From: Armatimonadota bacterium
GTDB taxonomy: Bacteria > Armatimonadota > Armatimonadia > Armatimonadales > Armatimonadaceae
Length of the DNA stretch: 28,015 nucleotides
Assembly (NCBI GenBank): GCA_014380815.1
Contig: JACMJB010000423.1
Location: 1-28,015, forward strand
Direction: 5' to 3'
Part shown: one piece after another, positions 16,568 to 25,414 of the stretch
Layout of the letters: each line of letters opens with the position of its first letter
How positions within the stretch are numbered: position 1 is the first letter of the stretch
Position numbers and translations under genes: made by a program
The notes under the pieces: model-generated
Seen by the model: only the letters and a program-made list of their open reading frames with translations
Databases searched by the model: none
What the model was told of the DNA's origin: nothing

Positions 16568-17341
16568 ATGGCAGCAGAAACTACAATCAGCGGGGAAACC
16601 CAGACCGCAGTGACCACAGTGACCGGAACGACCGCCGCAACGACACCCGATGCCGGGACGCGCGCGATGCTGTCGGGGTTGCGGCAGCGTATTGGAGTCG
16701 GCGTCTCCCTGGAGACATCACCGGCCACCCCGAAGCGAGAGTCGAACCGCGAACTGCTCGACCGGGCAATGAACGCCGCGACTGACCGAGAGCGCAACCG
16801 TGCCGCGGAGACCCTGCGTCGTCAGATCAAATCGCTCTGCGCCGCCGTGGTAGACCGGCACACCAGTGCCCTCACCTCTCAGGAGGTCGAGGACCTGACT
16901 CAGGAAGTGTTCCTGCGGCTTCTGACCAGTCAGGCGGGCAATGTCGGCGAGGCGGTCGTGGACCCGACCCCGGCCTATATCGCTCGTGTCGCCGTCAATC
17001 TTCTGATTGATCGCCGCCGATCCCTGAAGCGGCGTGGTCTGGACCAGCTCCCCGCCTCGGTCGAGGATGAGGCCATGGCCGCGACGCTGCGCGATCCCAG
17101 TCCCTCGGTCGAGGAAACGGTCCTGGGGCGGCTCCGCACCCGCGACCTGCGCCGCGCGCTGCTGAAATCGCTGTCGCCGACCGAGGCGAAGGTGATCTGG
17201 ATGCGCACCGAGGGAGCCTCTCATGAGGAGATCGCCCAGGAACTCAATATCAAGGAGCCGAACGCCCGCAAGCACTGCGAGCGGGGTATGAAGCGACTCA
17301 AGACCCTGGTCGAAACCAACGCCATCCCGCTTCTCGGTTAG
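16568..17341 (+). CDS. ECF-type sigma-70 family RNA polymerase sigma factor with an extended Thr-rich N-terminal region
   Basis: Region 2 (DLTQEVFLRLL...PAYIARVAVNLLIDRRRS) and region 4 (LSPTEAKVIWMRTEGASHEEIAQELNIKEPNARKHCERGMKRLK) are both present. They are preceded by ~75-110 aa of low-complexity sequence (TQTAVTTVTGTTAATT...). An SD AAGGAAG lies 9 nt upstream. Confidence 0.8.
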   Translation: MAAETTISGETQTAVTTVTGTTAATTPDAGTRAMLSGLRQRIGVGVSLETSPATPKRESNRELLDRAMNAATDRERNRAAETLRRQIKSLCAAVVDRHTSALTSQEVEDLTQEVFLRLLTSQAGNVGEAVVDPTPAYIARVAVNLLIDRRRSLKRRGLDQLPASVEDEAMAATLRDPSPSVEETVLGRLRTRDLRRALLKSLSPTEAKVIWMRTEGASHEEIAQELNIKEPNARKHCERGMKRLKTLVETNAIPLLG

Positions 17342-17369
17342 AGAGAAGCGCGAGGCCGAAGACCCAAGC

Positions 17370-17414
17370 GGGCAGTATCGCAGTTCCTGCGGCACTGCCC
17401 GTCTTTTCTGGTTT
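17370..17414 (+). terminator. Candidate intrinsic terminator after the sigma factor gene
   Basis: Hairpin GGGCAGTATCGCAG-ttc-CTGCGGCACTGCCC with one 2-nt internal mismatch, followed by a T-rich stretch GTCTTTTCTGGTTTGG. Confidence 0.5.
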
Positions 17415-17428
17415 GGTGCCGAACCGCG

Positions 17429-17434
17429 TATAAT
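17429..17434 (+). promoter_or_regulatory. TATAAT -10 hexamer 9 nt upstream of the ATG at 17444 (candidate promoter of a leaderless transcript)
   Basis: The sequence reads cgcgTATAATgcagcatccATG. There is no SD, and no convincing -35 at 17-bp spacing. Confidence 0.3.
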
Positions 17435-17443
17435 GCAGCATCC

Positions 17444-18865
17444 ATGCCCTCTCTGACCGTCAATCCCCGTGCTGCCTTTGATGTGGACGTTCTGGTGGCG
17501 GGCGGGGGAGCGTCGGGAGTCGCTGCCGCGCTTTCGGCGGCGCGGGCCGGGGCGCGAGTCCTGCTGATCGAAAAGAACGGTTTCCTCGGTGGCTCCGCCA
17601 CTGCCGCTCAGGTGCCCGCCTTCGCCCCGTTCTCGGACCGGACGCGCGCCATTGTGCGCGGTATCGGCTGGGAGGTCCTGACCCAGATGTCCGCCCGAAT
17701 GGGCCGCCCGATCCCGGACCCGGACGTTTACGAAGTCCCGCAGGACAAGGCCCGTATGGACTGGGCGCCAATTGATGCGGAGATCCTGAAAGGTCTCTAC
17801 GACGATCTGTGCGAGGAGTCCGGGGTCGAGGTTTTGTTTCACACGCTGGTGCCGGAAGTCAATCTGGGCGATGTGTCCCCCGAGTCAACCGCGCCGCCTT
17901 CCCCCGCCTCCAGACGGCGCATTTCCGCCGTCCTCCTCGCCAATAAAAACGGCCTGTCGCTTGCCCGCGCCAGAGTCTTTGTTGACGCAACCGGCGATGC
18001 CGATCTTGCTGCCCGTGCCGGATGCGCGTTCGTTCAGGGCGACGATGGGAACCGGACGCAAGGAATGACGCTCTGTTTCACGGTCGCGAATGGCAGTCGG
18101 GAAGCGTATCTGGGTTATGTCTACAAAACCGGCGATGGTTTTCTAGCGAACCTTGTCGCCGAGGCGCGGGCGGCGGGGGACTATGATCTGCCCGACGCCT
18201 CGCTGGTCGGCCTGTCGTTCAAGAGCGAGACCGTCGCGGGGGCGAATATGGGGCACGTTTACGGCTTTGATCCTACGGATGCCCACAGCCTGTCTCTTGC
18301 GGAGCGGGCAGGGAGGCGCGTCGTGCGGAAGCTGCTGCCGTTTCTGCGGAAATATGTCCCCGGTCAGGAAAACCTGACCCTGGTCAGCACCGGTACCCAG
18401 ATCGGAGTGCGCGAATCGCGGCGCATCGTTGGAGAGTATACGCTGACCCTCGATGATTACCTGGCCTGCCGCACCTTTCCAGACGACATCGCCCGCAGCG
18501 CGTATTTCATTGATCTGCACGCCGTCACCAGCGAGTCCGCCGCCCGCGCCAAAACCATCAGTGATGCCGGCGATGAGAAAGCCGAGCGCCGCCACTATGC
18601 GCTGCTGCCCGGTCAGAGCCACGGTATCCCGTATCGCTGTCTCCTTCCGCGGGGAGTAGAAAACCTGTTGGTCGCGGGCCGCTCCCTCTCCGCCGATCGT
18701 GCCGTGCAGGGCGCGGTGCGCGTGATGCCGTTCTGCTTTGCTATGGGCGAGGCGGCAGGTCTCGCTGCCGCGATTGCTGCCGATCACCACGAGGGGCGGG
18801 TCCGGGGTGTGGACATTTCGGGCCTTCAGGCGCGGCTGCGGGCACAGGGTGCGTGGCTGGGGTAG
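17444..18865 (+). CDS. FAD-dependent oxidoreductase (PF12831-like, GxGxxG Rossmann N-terminus)
   Basis: It has DVDVLVAGGGASGVAAALSAARAGARVLLIEKNGFLGG and a C-terminal RSLS.D...G..RVMP FAD-binding signature. Length is 473 aa. Confidence 0.8.
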   Translation: MPSLTVNPRAAFDVDVLVAGGGASGVAAALSAARAGARVLLIEKNGFLGGSATAAQVPAFAPFSDRTRAIVRGIGWEVLTQMSARMGRPIPDPDVYEVPQDKARMDWAPIDAEILKGLYDDLCEESGVEVLFHTLVPEVNLGDVSPESTAPPSPASRRRISAVLLANKNGLSLARARVFVDATGDADLAARAGCAFVQGDDGNRTQGMTLCFTVANGSREAYLGYVYKTGDGFLANLVAEARAAGDYDLPDASLVGLSFKSETVAGANMGHVYGFDPTDAHSLSLAERAGRRVVRKLLPFLRKYVPGQENLTLVSTGTQIGVRESRRIVGEYTLTLDDYLACRTFPDDIARSAYFIDLHAVTSESAARAKTISDAGDEKAERRHYALLPGQSHGIPYRCLLPRGVENLLVAGRSLSADRAVQGAVRVMPFCFAMGEAAGLAAAIAADHHEGRVRGVDISGLQARLRAQGAWLG

Positions 18866-19011
18866 CGCCATAGTGCCCCGCAACGATCTGTCTGGGTGGA
18901 ACCAGCGGAAAATTATTTACACGGACCCTGTCACCGTTTGGGGGTCTCGCGCGTCTCCTTAAGTGATTCCGTGTGCGCGGAATCCTTTCTTACACTTTGG
19001 GGTCTTCCCAG

Positions 19012-19058
19012 GCCGGTCGGCTACGGCGCTAAGGCGCCACGGCAGACCGGCTTTTTTT
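19012..19058 (+). terminator. Compound hairpin plus T7 tract (candidate intrinsic terminator) immediately upstream of the M16 gene
   Basis: An outer stem GCCGGTC/GACCGGC encloses an inner hairpin GGCGC-taag-GCGCC, followed by TTTTTTT. A second hairpin, GATTCCG-tgtgcg-CGGAATC (18964-18983), lies 30 nt upstream. Confidence 0.5.
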
Positions 19059-19074
19059 CGTATATTCTGTAAGA

Positions 19075-20484
19075 ATGGTCTTTCCAAAATCTCTCCTTTG
19101 CTTTTCGGCACTGGCGCTTGCTATCGCACCGGGTCTCGTTGTCCCGGTGGCTGATGCCGCAGCCGCCCCTGCCGCGTCCGCCGTTGCCCCTGCGGTCCCG
19201 CGCTTGAACTATCAAAAGCGAATACTGGCAAACGGCCTGACGGTCCTGACCGCCGAAAACCATGCCACGCCGACCGCTGCGGTCTATGTCTGGTATAAGG
19301 TGGGCGGCAAGAACGACCCGCCAGGCCGAAGCGGCTTCGCGCATCTGTTCGAACACATGATGTTCAAGTCCACCAAAAACCAGCCGAGTGAAAGCTTCGA
19401 CCGGCTGACCGAGGACGTGGGCGGCGAAAATAACGCCTTCACCGCCGATGATGTGACGGTCTACCACGAGACCATCCCTTCCAACTATCTGGAACCGCTG
19501 CTCTGGGCTGAAGCGGACCGGATGCGCAACCTGAATGTGATCTCGGAGAACTTCGCTTCGGAGCGGAGCGTAGTCAAAGAAGAACTGCGGCAGCGCATCC
19601 TGGCATCGCCCTACGGAATGCTGTCCCTGTATATTGCCCAGCGCTCGTTCACGACCCACCCCTACAAGCGGCAGGCTATCGGCAGTATCCGCGACCTTGA
19701 CGCTGCCACCCTCGCGGATGTCCGTTCGTTCTACTCCGCGTTCTATCGGCCCGATAACGCCGTTCTCGTCGTGGTCGGCGACTTCGACCCCGCTCAGCTT
19801 GACGGCTGGGTGGACAAATACTTTGGCGCTGTCCCCAGACCCGCCGGGGTAATTCCGCGCGTCGTTGTCAAGGAACCAGCCCGAACCCGCGAAAAACGCT
19901 TCAACGAGACGGCGCCCAATGTGCCGCTTCCGGTGGTCGTGTTCACGTATCTGACTCCCAGTGAATCGAGCCGCGATGCTCCCGCGCTCCAGATCGCGGA
20001 TGCCATTCTTTCTGGCGGGGAGTCGTCGCGGCTTTACAAATCGCTTGTGTATACCCAGCAGATCGCCGTGGATGTCCGTTCGGATGCGGACCTGCGCGCG
20101 GATGCCGGGCTGTTCGAGGTGGACGCGACGGTAGCGAGCGGCAAGACCGTCGCCGCGGTGGAGAGGTCGCTCCGCGACCAGATCGCCGCCTTCGCGGCAA
20201 AGCCGGTGACGGCTCAGGAGCTGACCAAGGCGAAGAATCAGGTGATTACCGGCGCGCTTCGCACCCGCGAAACCAATGATGGTACCGCCGCCGCACTGGG
20301 CAATGCCGCGGTTCTGCTCGGCGATCCGGAAGCGGTCAACACCAGCCTGCAAAAGCTACAGGCGGTCACTGCCCAGGATGTCCAGCGGGTCGCGCGGCAA
20401 TATCTGACCCCGCGGAACCTGGTGGTCATCCGCTACTCCGCCACCCCGGCGTCCGCGGCAGAAAAGAAAGTCGGCGCGAAATGA
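19075..20484 (+). CDS. M16 family zinc metallopeptidase, catalytically competent subunit (HxxEH), secreted
   Basis: It has a signal peptide (MVFPKSLLCFSALALAIAPGLVVPVADA) and the inverzincin motif HLFEHMMFKS with a downstream Glu-rich region. There is no SD. A TATATT hexamer lies 8 nt upstream of the ATG. Confidence 0.85.
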   Translation: MVFPKSLLCFSALALAIAPGLVVPVADAAAAPAASAVAPAVPRLNYQKRILANGLTVLTAENHATPTAAVYVWYKVGGKNDPPGRSGFAHLFEHMMFKSTKNQPSESFDRLTEDVGGENNAFTADDVTVYHETIPSNYLEPLLWAEADRMRNLNVISENFASERSVVKEELRQRILASPYGMLSLYIAQRSFTTHPYKRQAIGSIRDLDAATLADVRSFYSAFYRPDNAVLVVVGDFDPAQLDGWVDKYFGAVPRPAGVIPRVVVKEPARTREKRFNETAPNVPLPVVVFTYLTPSESSRDAPALQIADAILSGGESSRLYKSLVYTQQIAVDVRSDADLRADAGLFEVDATVASGKTVAAVERSLRDQIAAFAAKPVTAQELTKAKNQVITGALRTRETNDGTAAALGNAAVLLGDPEAVNTSLQKLQAVTAQDVQRVARQYLTPRNLVVIRYSATPASAAEKKVGAK

Positions 20485-21968
20485 AACGTCCATTGCTGGT
20501 GACGAGCCTCTTGCTGCTGGCCGCCCCGCTTCCTGCACAGGACGTTTCTGCTCCCGCCCCGACCCTGCAGCAGACGCCCCCGCCGCCCGCCGCGCCCAAG
20601 ACGCTCGTTGTGCCCGCACTCGCCGAAAAGACCCTGCCGAACGGGATTCGCGTGATTGTCGCGCCGCGCACCGGCACTGGTCTGGTCTCCGTGCAGATGC
20701 TGGTCCGCGGCGCGGGGGGATCTGCCGACCCCGGGAATAAGGCGGGCCTCGCGGACCTGACGGCTTCCCTGATCGGAAAAGGGACCACGACACGCACCGC
20801 ACCGCAGATCGCCACCGCGATCGAGACCCTGGGCGGGAGCCTGAGCGCGGGCGCGGGCTGGGATGCCGCTATCGTCAATCTTTCGGTGATGCGCGCCCGT
20901 CTGCCCGCCGCTTTTCCGCTGTTTGCCGATTCTGTCCTGCGCCCTCGTTTCGCTCCGGACGAGCTAAACCGACTGCGGTCCCAAACCCTCGATGCTCTTG
21001 CGGTCAACCTCGAGGAGCCAGGCACACTCGCCCGCTACGCCGCCGCGCGGATCACTTTCGGCACATCGCCCTATGCCCACCCACTGGGCGGGACGCTGAC
21101 CTCCCTGAAGCGCATCGAGCGGGCGGATATTCAGGACTTTTTCCTGACCAGTTACCAGCCCGGTCGGACACTGCTGGTCTTTGGCGGCGATATCACGCCT
21201 GGCGACGCCTATACGCTTGCCGAAAAATTCCTGGGGGGCTGGAAGGCGGTGCCCAACCCGTCCGGTCGGGAGATCGCCCGCCAAGGACGGACCGCTCCCC
21301 CGTATCCAGCGCGGCGCATTGTTGTGATGGACAAGCCGGATGCGGGGCAGGCGGCAGTCGTGATCACCCGCCTGGGGATCAAACGAAACGATGCGGACTT
21401 TTACACGGCGGAAGTGATGAACTCGGTGCTTGGCGGCGGCTTCTCGTCGCGGCTGAACCGGGAGATCCGTATCAAACGGGGCCTTTCCTACGGCGCGAAC
21501 AGCGCCGTCAGTGAGCGTCTCGACCCCGGCCCGTTTGTCGCCTCCGCGCAGACCAAAAACGAGTCCGCGCCGGAGGTGGCCCAGCTTCTGCTGGACGAGC
21601 TGGACCGGATCGCGACCGGCGATCTGCCCGACGTGGAACTGACGCCGCGCAAACTCGCCCTGATCGGCGACTTCAACCGCGCCCTCGAAACGGGTGGCGG
21701 CCTTTCCGGTCAGGCGGCAAGTCTTGCACTGTATGGGGTCCCTCTGGGCGATCTCGCCGAGTATCCGAACCGGGTCCGCGCCGTGGCTGCGGGCGATATT
21801 CAGAAGTTTGCAGGCAGCCGCCTGGCGGCAAAAGACACCAGCGTGGTGATTGTCGGCAACGCCCGCTTGTTCCTGGAAGCGCTGAAAAAGCAGTTCCCCG
21901 CCAGCACGGTCGAGGTGATTCCGGTCAGTCGCCTGGACTTTGATAGTCCGACGCTGATCCGGCGCTGA
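20481..21968 (+). CDS. M16 family peptidase, non-catalytic partner subunit (no HxxEH), secreted
   Basis: It has a signal peptide (MKRPLLVTSLLLLAAPLPAQD) and the M16 fold pattern (TLPNGIRVIV..., RIVVMDKPDAGQAAVVI, SSRLNREIRIKRGLSYGANS) but lacks zinc ligands. Its start overlaps the upstream stop (ATGA). Confidence 0.8.
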   Translation: MKRPLLVTSLLLLAAPLPAQDVSAPAPTLQQTPPPPAAPKTLVVPALAEKTLPNGIRVIVAPRTGTGLVSVQMLVRGAGGSADPGNKAGLADLTASLIGKGTTTRTAPQIATAIETLGGSLSAGAGWDAAIVNLSVMRARLPAAFPLFADSVLRPRFAPDELNRLRSQTLDALAVNLEEPGTLARYAAARITFGTSPYAHPLGGTLTSLKRIERADIQDFFLTSYQPGRTLLVFGGDITPGDAYTLAEKFLGGWKAVPNPSGREIARQGRTAPPYPARRIVVMDKPDAGQAAVVITRLGIKRNDADFYTAEVMNSVLGGGFSSRLNREIRIKRGLSYGANSAVSERLDPGPFVASAQTKNESAPEVAQLLLDELDRIATGDLPDVELTPRKLALIGDFNRALETGGGLSGQAASLALYGVPLGDLAEYPNRVRAVAAGDIQKFAGSRLAAKDTSVVIVGNARLFLEALKKQFPASTVEVIPVSRLDFDSPTLIRR

Positions 21969-21985
21969 ACGGACCCCTCCGGCCC

Positions 21986-23161
21986 GTGTCGGTTTTGGAG
22001 CCACCCCCCTTCCCCCCGCCTGTTTGGGAGATCAACCGGGCGCGGGCACGGTTCGATGCGGATGCCTACGCGGAAATGGTCGCTCTGGTCGCCCGCGCGG
22101 AGCAATCCGTGCGGATGGAGTTCTTTCTGTTCGGCGGGCCGGTCGCGGATACGATCATTGATCTGCTGATCGCGAAGATCGCGGCGGGTGTTCGGGTTCG
22201 GGTCACTCTCGACCGGATGCGCGGCAGCCTGCCCTTCGTGCGGCACGAATGCCGGAAGGCCCATCGCCGCCTGATCGCCGGTGGGGTGGACGTTCTGCTG
22301 AGCGACCCGCGCCCGTTCCCCCATTCGCCGCGCCGCCCTGCCGTGACCCACAATAAGTTTCTCGTTGTGGACGACCGGGAAGCACTGGTCGGGGGGATGA
22401 ATGTCGGGGCGCTCTTCTTTCGCCACCATGATGTGATGATCCACCTCGAGGGGCCAGCCGCCCTCGCGCTTGCCCGGCAATTCGATTATGATCGGAGCTG
22501 GATCACCGCGACCACAGAAGCGCGCCTGCGTGACCACCGTGGACTGCCGCCGGTCATGGTCGAAACACCAGTTCCTCACCAGAGGCTAGAGCACGGCGAA
22601 AGTTGGGCACGGCTTTTAGGGACCGGTGTCGGTCGCCGGACCACGGAAACGTCGGTTCTCGCAAGCCTTCGCGCGGCGCAGTCCTCTGTAGACATCAGCA
22701 TGAGCGAGATCGGGCGCACCGAGTCGCTGGGCGAGGTGATCGCCGCTCACGCGCGAGGGGTGAATGTGCGCGTGCTGGTGGACCCGCAGGACCTCCGGGA
22801 GTACCTGCCGCCGCTGCTGGGGCCGCTGCGTGCCCACTTCCCCAAAGGTGTCCTCAATGCGCTGGCGGTTCGCGACCTGCGTGCCGCCGGGGTCGCCGTC
22901 CGCCAGTTCGAGGTCGGACAGGAGTTCGCCCTCCTGCATCAGAAGACCGCGATCTTTGATCGTGGGGGCGCCATTGTCGGCTCTACCAACTGGACACGCG
23001 GCGGCTTTGGCTGGGTGGGAGAGACCGATGTGGAACTGCGCGGCGGCGCGGTGATCGGCGAGCTTCTCGCCCAGTTCGAGCGGGACTGGGAACGCTCCAC
23101 TGCCGCCGTCCCACCGTCCCTGACGGCCCGGATCGGCTGCGCGCTTTACGAGCGAATTTAG
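21986..23161 (+). CDS. Phospholipase D superfamily protein with two HKD motifs (cardiolipin-synthase/PLD-nuclease-like)
   Basis: The first HKD is HNKFLVVDDREALVGGMN and the second is HQKTAIFDRGGAIVGSTNWT. There is no TM segment. Length is 391 aa. Confidence 0.75.
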   Translation: MSVLEPPPFPPPVWEINRARARFDADAYAEMVALVARAEQSVRMEFFLFGGPVADTIIDLLIAKIAAGVRVRVTLDRMRGSLPFVRHECRKAHRRLIAGGVDVLLSDPRPFPHSPRRPAVTHNKFLVVDDREALVGGMNVGALFFRHHDVMIHLEGPAALALARQFDYDRSWITATTEARLRDHRGLPPVMVETPVPHQRLEHGESWARLLGTGVGRRTTETSVLASLRAAQSSVDISMSEIGRTESLGEVIAAHARGVNVRVLVDPQDLREYLPPLLGPLRAHFPKGVLNALAVRDLRAAGVAVRQFEVGQEFALLHQKTAIFDRGGAIVGSTNWTRGGFGWVGETDVELRGGAVIGELLAQFERDWERSTAAVPPSLTARIGCALYERI

Positions 23162-23193
23162 CGTTTTCCGCCGTTGACAGGTGGAGGAAGCCT

Positions 23194-24276
23194 GTGCTAT
23201 TCTGGTCAAAAGCGGTCCTGCGACCGTTTCCTTATCCGATATTTACCGACTTCACCGACCACGAAACGGTACCTGCTCTTATGCCAACCAACCCTTACTC
23301 GCCGCTCCGCTGGGGAATCCTCGGCGCGGGCAGCATCGCCAACCGGTTCAGCTCCGACGTCAAACCGCTCCCAGATCACCAGCTTGCCGCCGTCGGGTCC
23401 CGTGACCAGTCCAAAGCGGACGCCTTCGCGGACAAGTTCGAGATTCCGCGCCGCTACGACAGCTACGAAGCACTGGTCGCTGACCCGGACGTGGATGTCA
23501 TCTATGTGGCGACCCCCCACCCGTTTCATAAGGAGCACGCCCTGCTCGCAATCCGGGCCGGAAAAGCCGTGCTTCTGGAAAAGCCGTTCACGATCAATGC
23601 TGCCGAAGCGGGGATCGTGGTGAGCGAGGCGCGAAGAGCGGGCGTTTTCCTGATGGAGGGGATGTGGAGCCGGTTCTTCCCCGCACTGGTGAAGGTACGG
23701 GAGTTGATCGCGGAAAAGGCGATTGGCGATCTGCGAGTGCTTCAGGCTGATTTTGGTTTCCGCTCCGGGGTCAACCCCGAAGGGCGTCTGTTCAGCCCCA
23801 CGCTCGCGGGCGGTGCCCTGATGGATGTGGGGGTCTACACCGTCTCACTGGCCTCCATGGTGTTCGGTACCCCGGAACGGTCGGTCTCGCTGGCGAATCT
23901 TGGCTCGACCGGCGTGGACGAAGAGGCGGCCATGCTGCTGGGGTATCCCGGCGGCGGGCTTGCCGTGCTTTCGACCGCAATCCGCCTGAACACCCCGCAC
24001 GAGGCGCTTTTCCTGGGAACGGATGGCAATATCAAGGTCCACGGGGCGTGGTGGTGCCCGCGTAAGCTGACCGTCAAACGGGCGGGCAAAGACGAGGAGA
24101 CACTCGAATTTCCGTACGAGGGTGGCGGCTTCCAGTTCGAGGCCCAGCACGTCGCCGAGTGCCTCCGGGCTGGCAAAACCGAGTCCAGTGTGATCTCGCT
24201 TGACGAGACCCTTTCAATCATGCGAACGCTAGATGGTCTGCGCGCCCAGTTCGGCCTCAAATATCCCATGGAGTGA
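23194..24276 (+). CDS. Gfo/Idh/MocA family NAD(P)-dependent oxidoreductase
   Basis: LRWGILGAGSIANRF is the Rossmann motif. Also present are EKPFTINAAEA and the canonical C-terminal alpha/beta domain. A GTG at 23194 has a good SD (GGAGGaag, 6 nt). The canonical N-terminus would instead begin at the ATG at 23281 (MPTNPYSPLRWGILGAG), so the start is ambiguous. Confidence 0.8.
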   Translation: MLFWSKAVLRPFPYPIFTDFTDHETVPALMPTNPYSPLRWGILGAGSIANRFSSDVKPLPDHQLAAVGSRDQSKADAFADKFEIPRRYDSYEALVADPDVDVIYVATPHPFHKEHALLAIRAGKAVLLEKPFTINAAEAGIVVSEARRAGVFLMEGMWSRFFPALVKVRELIAEKAIGDLRVLQADFGFRSGVNPEGRLFSPTLAGGALMDVGVYTVSLASMVFGTPERSVSLANLGSTGVDEEAAMLLGYPGGGLAVLSTAIRLNTPHEALFLGTDGNIKVHGAWWCPRKLTVKRAGKDEETLEFPYEGGGFQFEAQHVAECLRAGKTESSVISLDETLSIMRTLDGLRAQFGLKYPME

Positions 24277-24291
24277 TGGAGTAGTTTTTCA

Positions 24292-25275
24292 ATGGCAGAG
24301 ATGAAATACGGCGAGGTGCCGGGGATCGAAAAGCCGATCTCGCGCATCGTGCAGGGCATTATCCAGGTGCCCCGCGGCGATACTGAAAAAGACGAAAAGG
24401 GCTTTGCGCTGCTGGATGCGGCTCTGGAAGCAGGCATCAATACGATCGACACGGCCCATGTTTACGGTCCCGCCGATGTCTTTTTGGGCCGCTGGATCAC
24501 CAGCCGGGGAATCCGTGACAAGGTGGTCGTGCTGGCGAAGGGCGCGCACCACAACGACTTCCGCAAGCGGGTGACGCCCTACGACATCGGGGCGGATCTT
24601 CACGATACGCTCGCCCGCATGAAGACCGACTACATTGACCTGTATGTCCTGCACCGCGACGACCCGGATTACCCGGTTGAACCCATCGTGGATGCCCTGA
24701 ACCAGTTCACGCGCGAGGGAAAGATCAAGGCTTTTGGCGGATCGAACTGGACTACGGATCGGCTTGTCGCCGCCAACGAGTACGCAAAGCAGAGCGGTCA
24801 GATCCCCTTCGCGGTATCATCGCCCAACTTCTCGCTTGCGGACCAGAAGCAGGAGCCGTGGCAGGGATGTGTTTCGATCTCCGGACCGGGCAAGGAAGCG
24901 GAGCGGCAGTGGTATGTCACCAACAAACTGCCACTATTTACCTGGTCGAGCATGGCGGGCGGCTTTATGTCGGGCCGCATCACCCGGGACAATCTTGCGG
25001 AGTTTACCGGCGGTCTGGATAAGCTCGCGGTGGACTGCTATGCCGCCGAGGACAACTTCGAGCGGCTGGACCGTGCGAAGGCCGTGGCCGATCGTCATGG
25101 GCTTTCGCTGCCGCAGATCGCTCTGGCCTATGTGCTGCATTACCCGCTGGACATCTATGCGCTGGTGGGTTCCGCGACCGCGGAGGAGATCAAGGCCAAT
25201 GTCGTCGCCCTCAACACAGACCTCACCGAGGCGGAAATGGCCTACCTCGACCTGCGCGTCAGCCACCTGACCTGA
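24292..25275 (+). CDS. Aldo/keto reductase family oxidoreductase
   Basis: It has IDTAHVYG, a Y..K catalytic region, LHRDDPDYPVEPIVDALNQFTREGKIKAFGGSNW and a C-terminal LAYVLHYPLDIYALVGSATAEEIKAN, all typical AKR signatures. Confidence 0.85.
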   Translation: MAEMKYGEVPGIEKPISRIVQGIIQVPRGDTEKDEKGFALLDAALEAGINTIDTAHVYGPADVFLGRWITSRGIRDKVVVLAKGAHHNDFRKRVTPYDIGADLHDTLARMKTDYIDLYVLHRDDPDYPVEPIVDALNQFTREGKIKAFGGSNWTTDRLVAANEYAKQSGQIPFAVSSPNFSLADQKQEPWQGCVSISGPGKEAERQWYVTNKLPLFTWSSMAGGFMSGRITRDNLAEFTGGLDKLAVDCYAAEDNFERLDRAKAVADRHGLSLPQIALAYVLHYPLDIYALVGSATAEEIKANVVALNTDLTEAEMAYLDLRVSHLT

Positions 25276-25300
25276 AGCCCCGCAGGGTGGGACAATGCCG

Positions 25301-25344
25301 AAAACGGGCGGAATGGTGCAATCCATTCCGCCCGTTTTCGTTTG
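25301..25344 (+). terminator. Rho-independent terminator after the AKR gene
   Basis: There is a perfect 16-bp stem aaaacgggcggaatgg/ccattccgcccgtttt with a 6-nt loop, followed by cgtttg. Confidence 0.7.
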
Positions 25345-25414
25345 CCGGATGCTCCGCCGCACGGACACGAAAAAGGGGAGCGGAATTTTAGCCAAGGCGG
25401 CATAATGATCGGTA

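Noticed and set aside
16718-17842. 374-aa ORF on the - strand spanning the sigma-factor gene, its terminator and the start of the FAD oxidoreductase gene
   Set aside because: It is antisense to two strongly supported genes and crosses an intergenic terminator. The protein is low-complexity (R/G/P-rich). High-GC artefact.
19021-20352. 443-aa ORF on the - strand; likewise 20964..22004 on the - strand (346 aa) and 20426..21025 on the - strand
   Set aside because: They are antisense to the M16 peptidase genes, which carry HxxEH and the M16 fold motifs. No motifs, arginine-rich.
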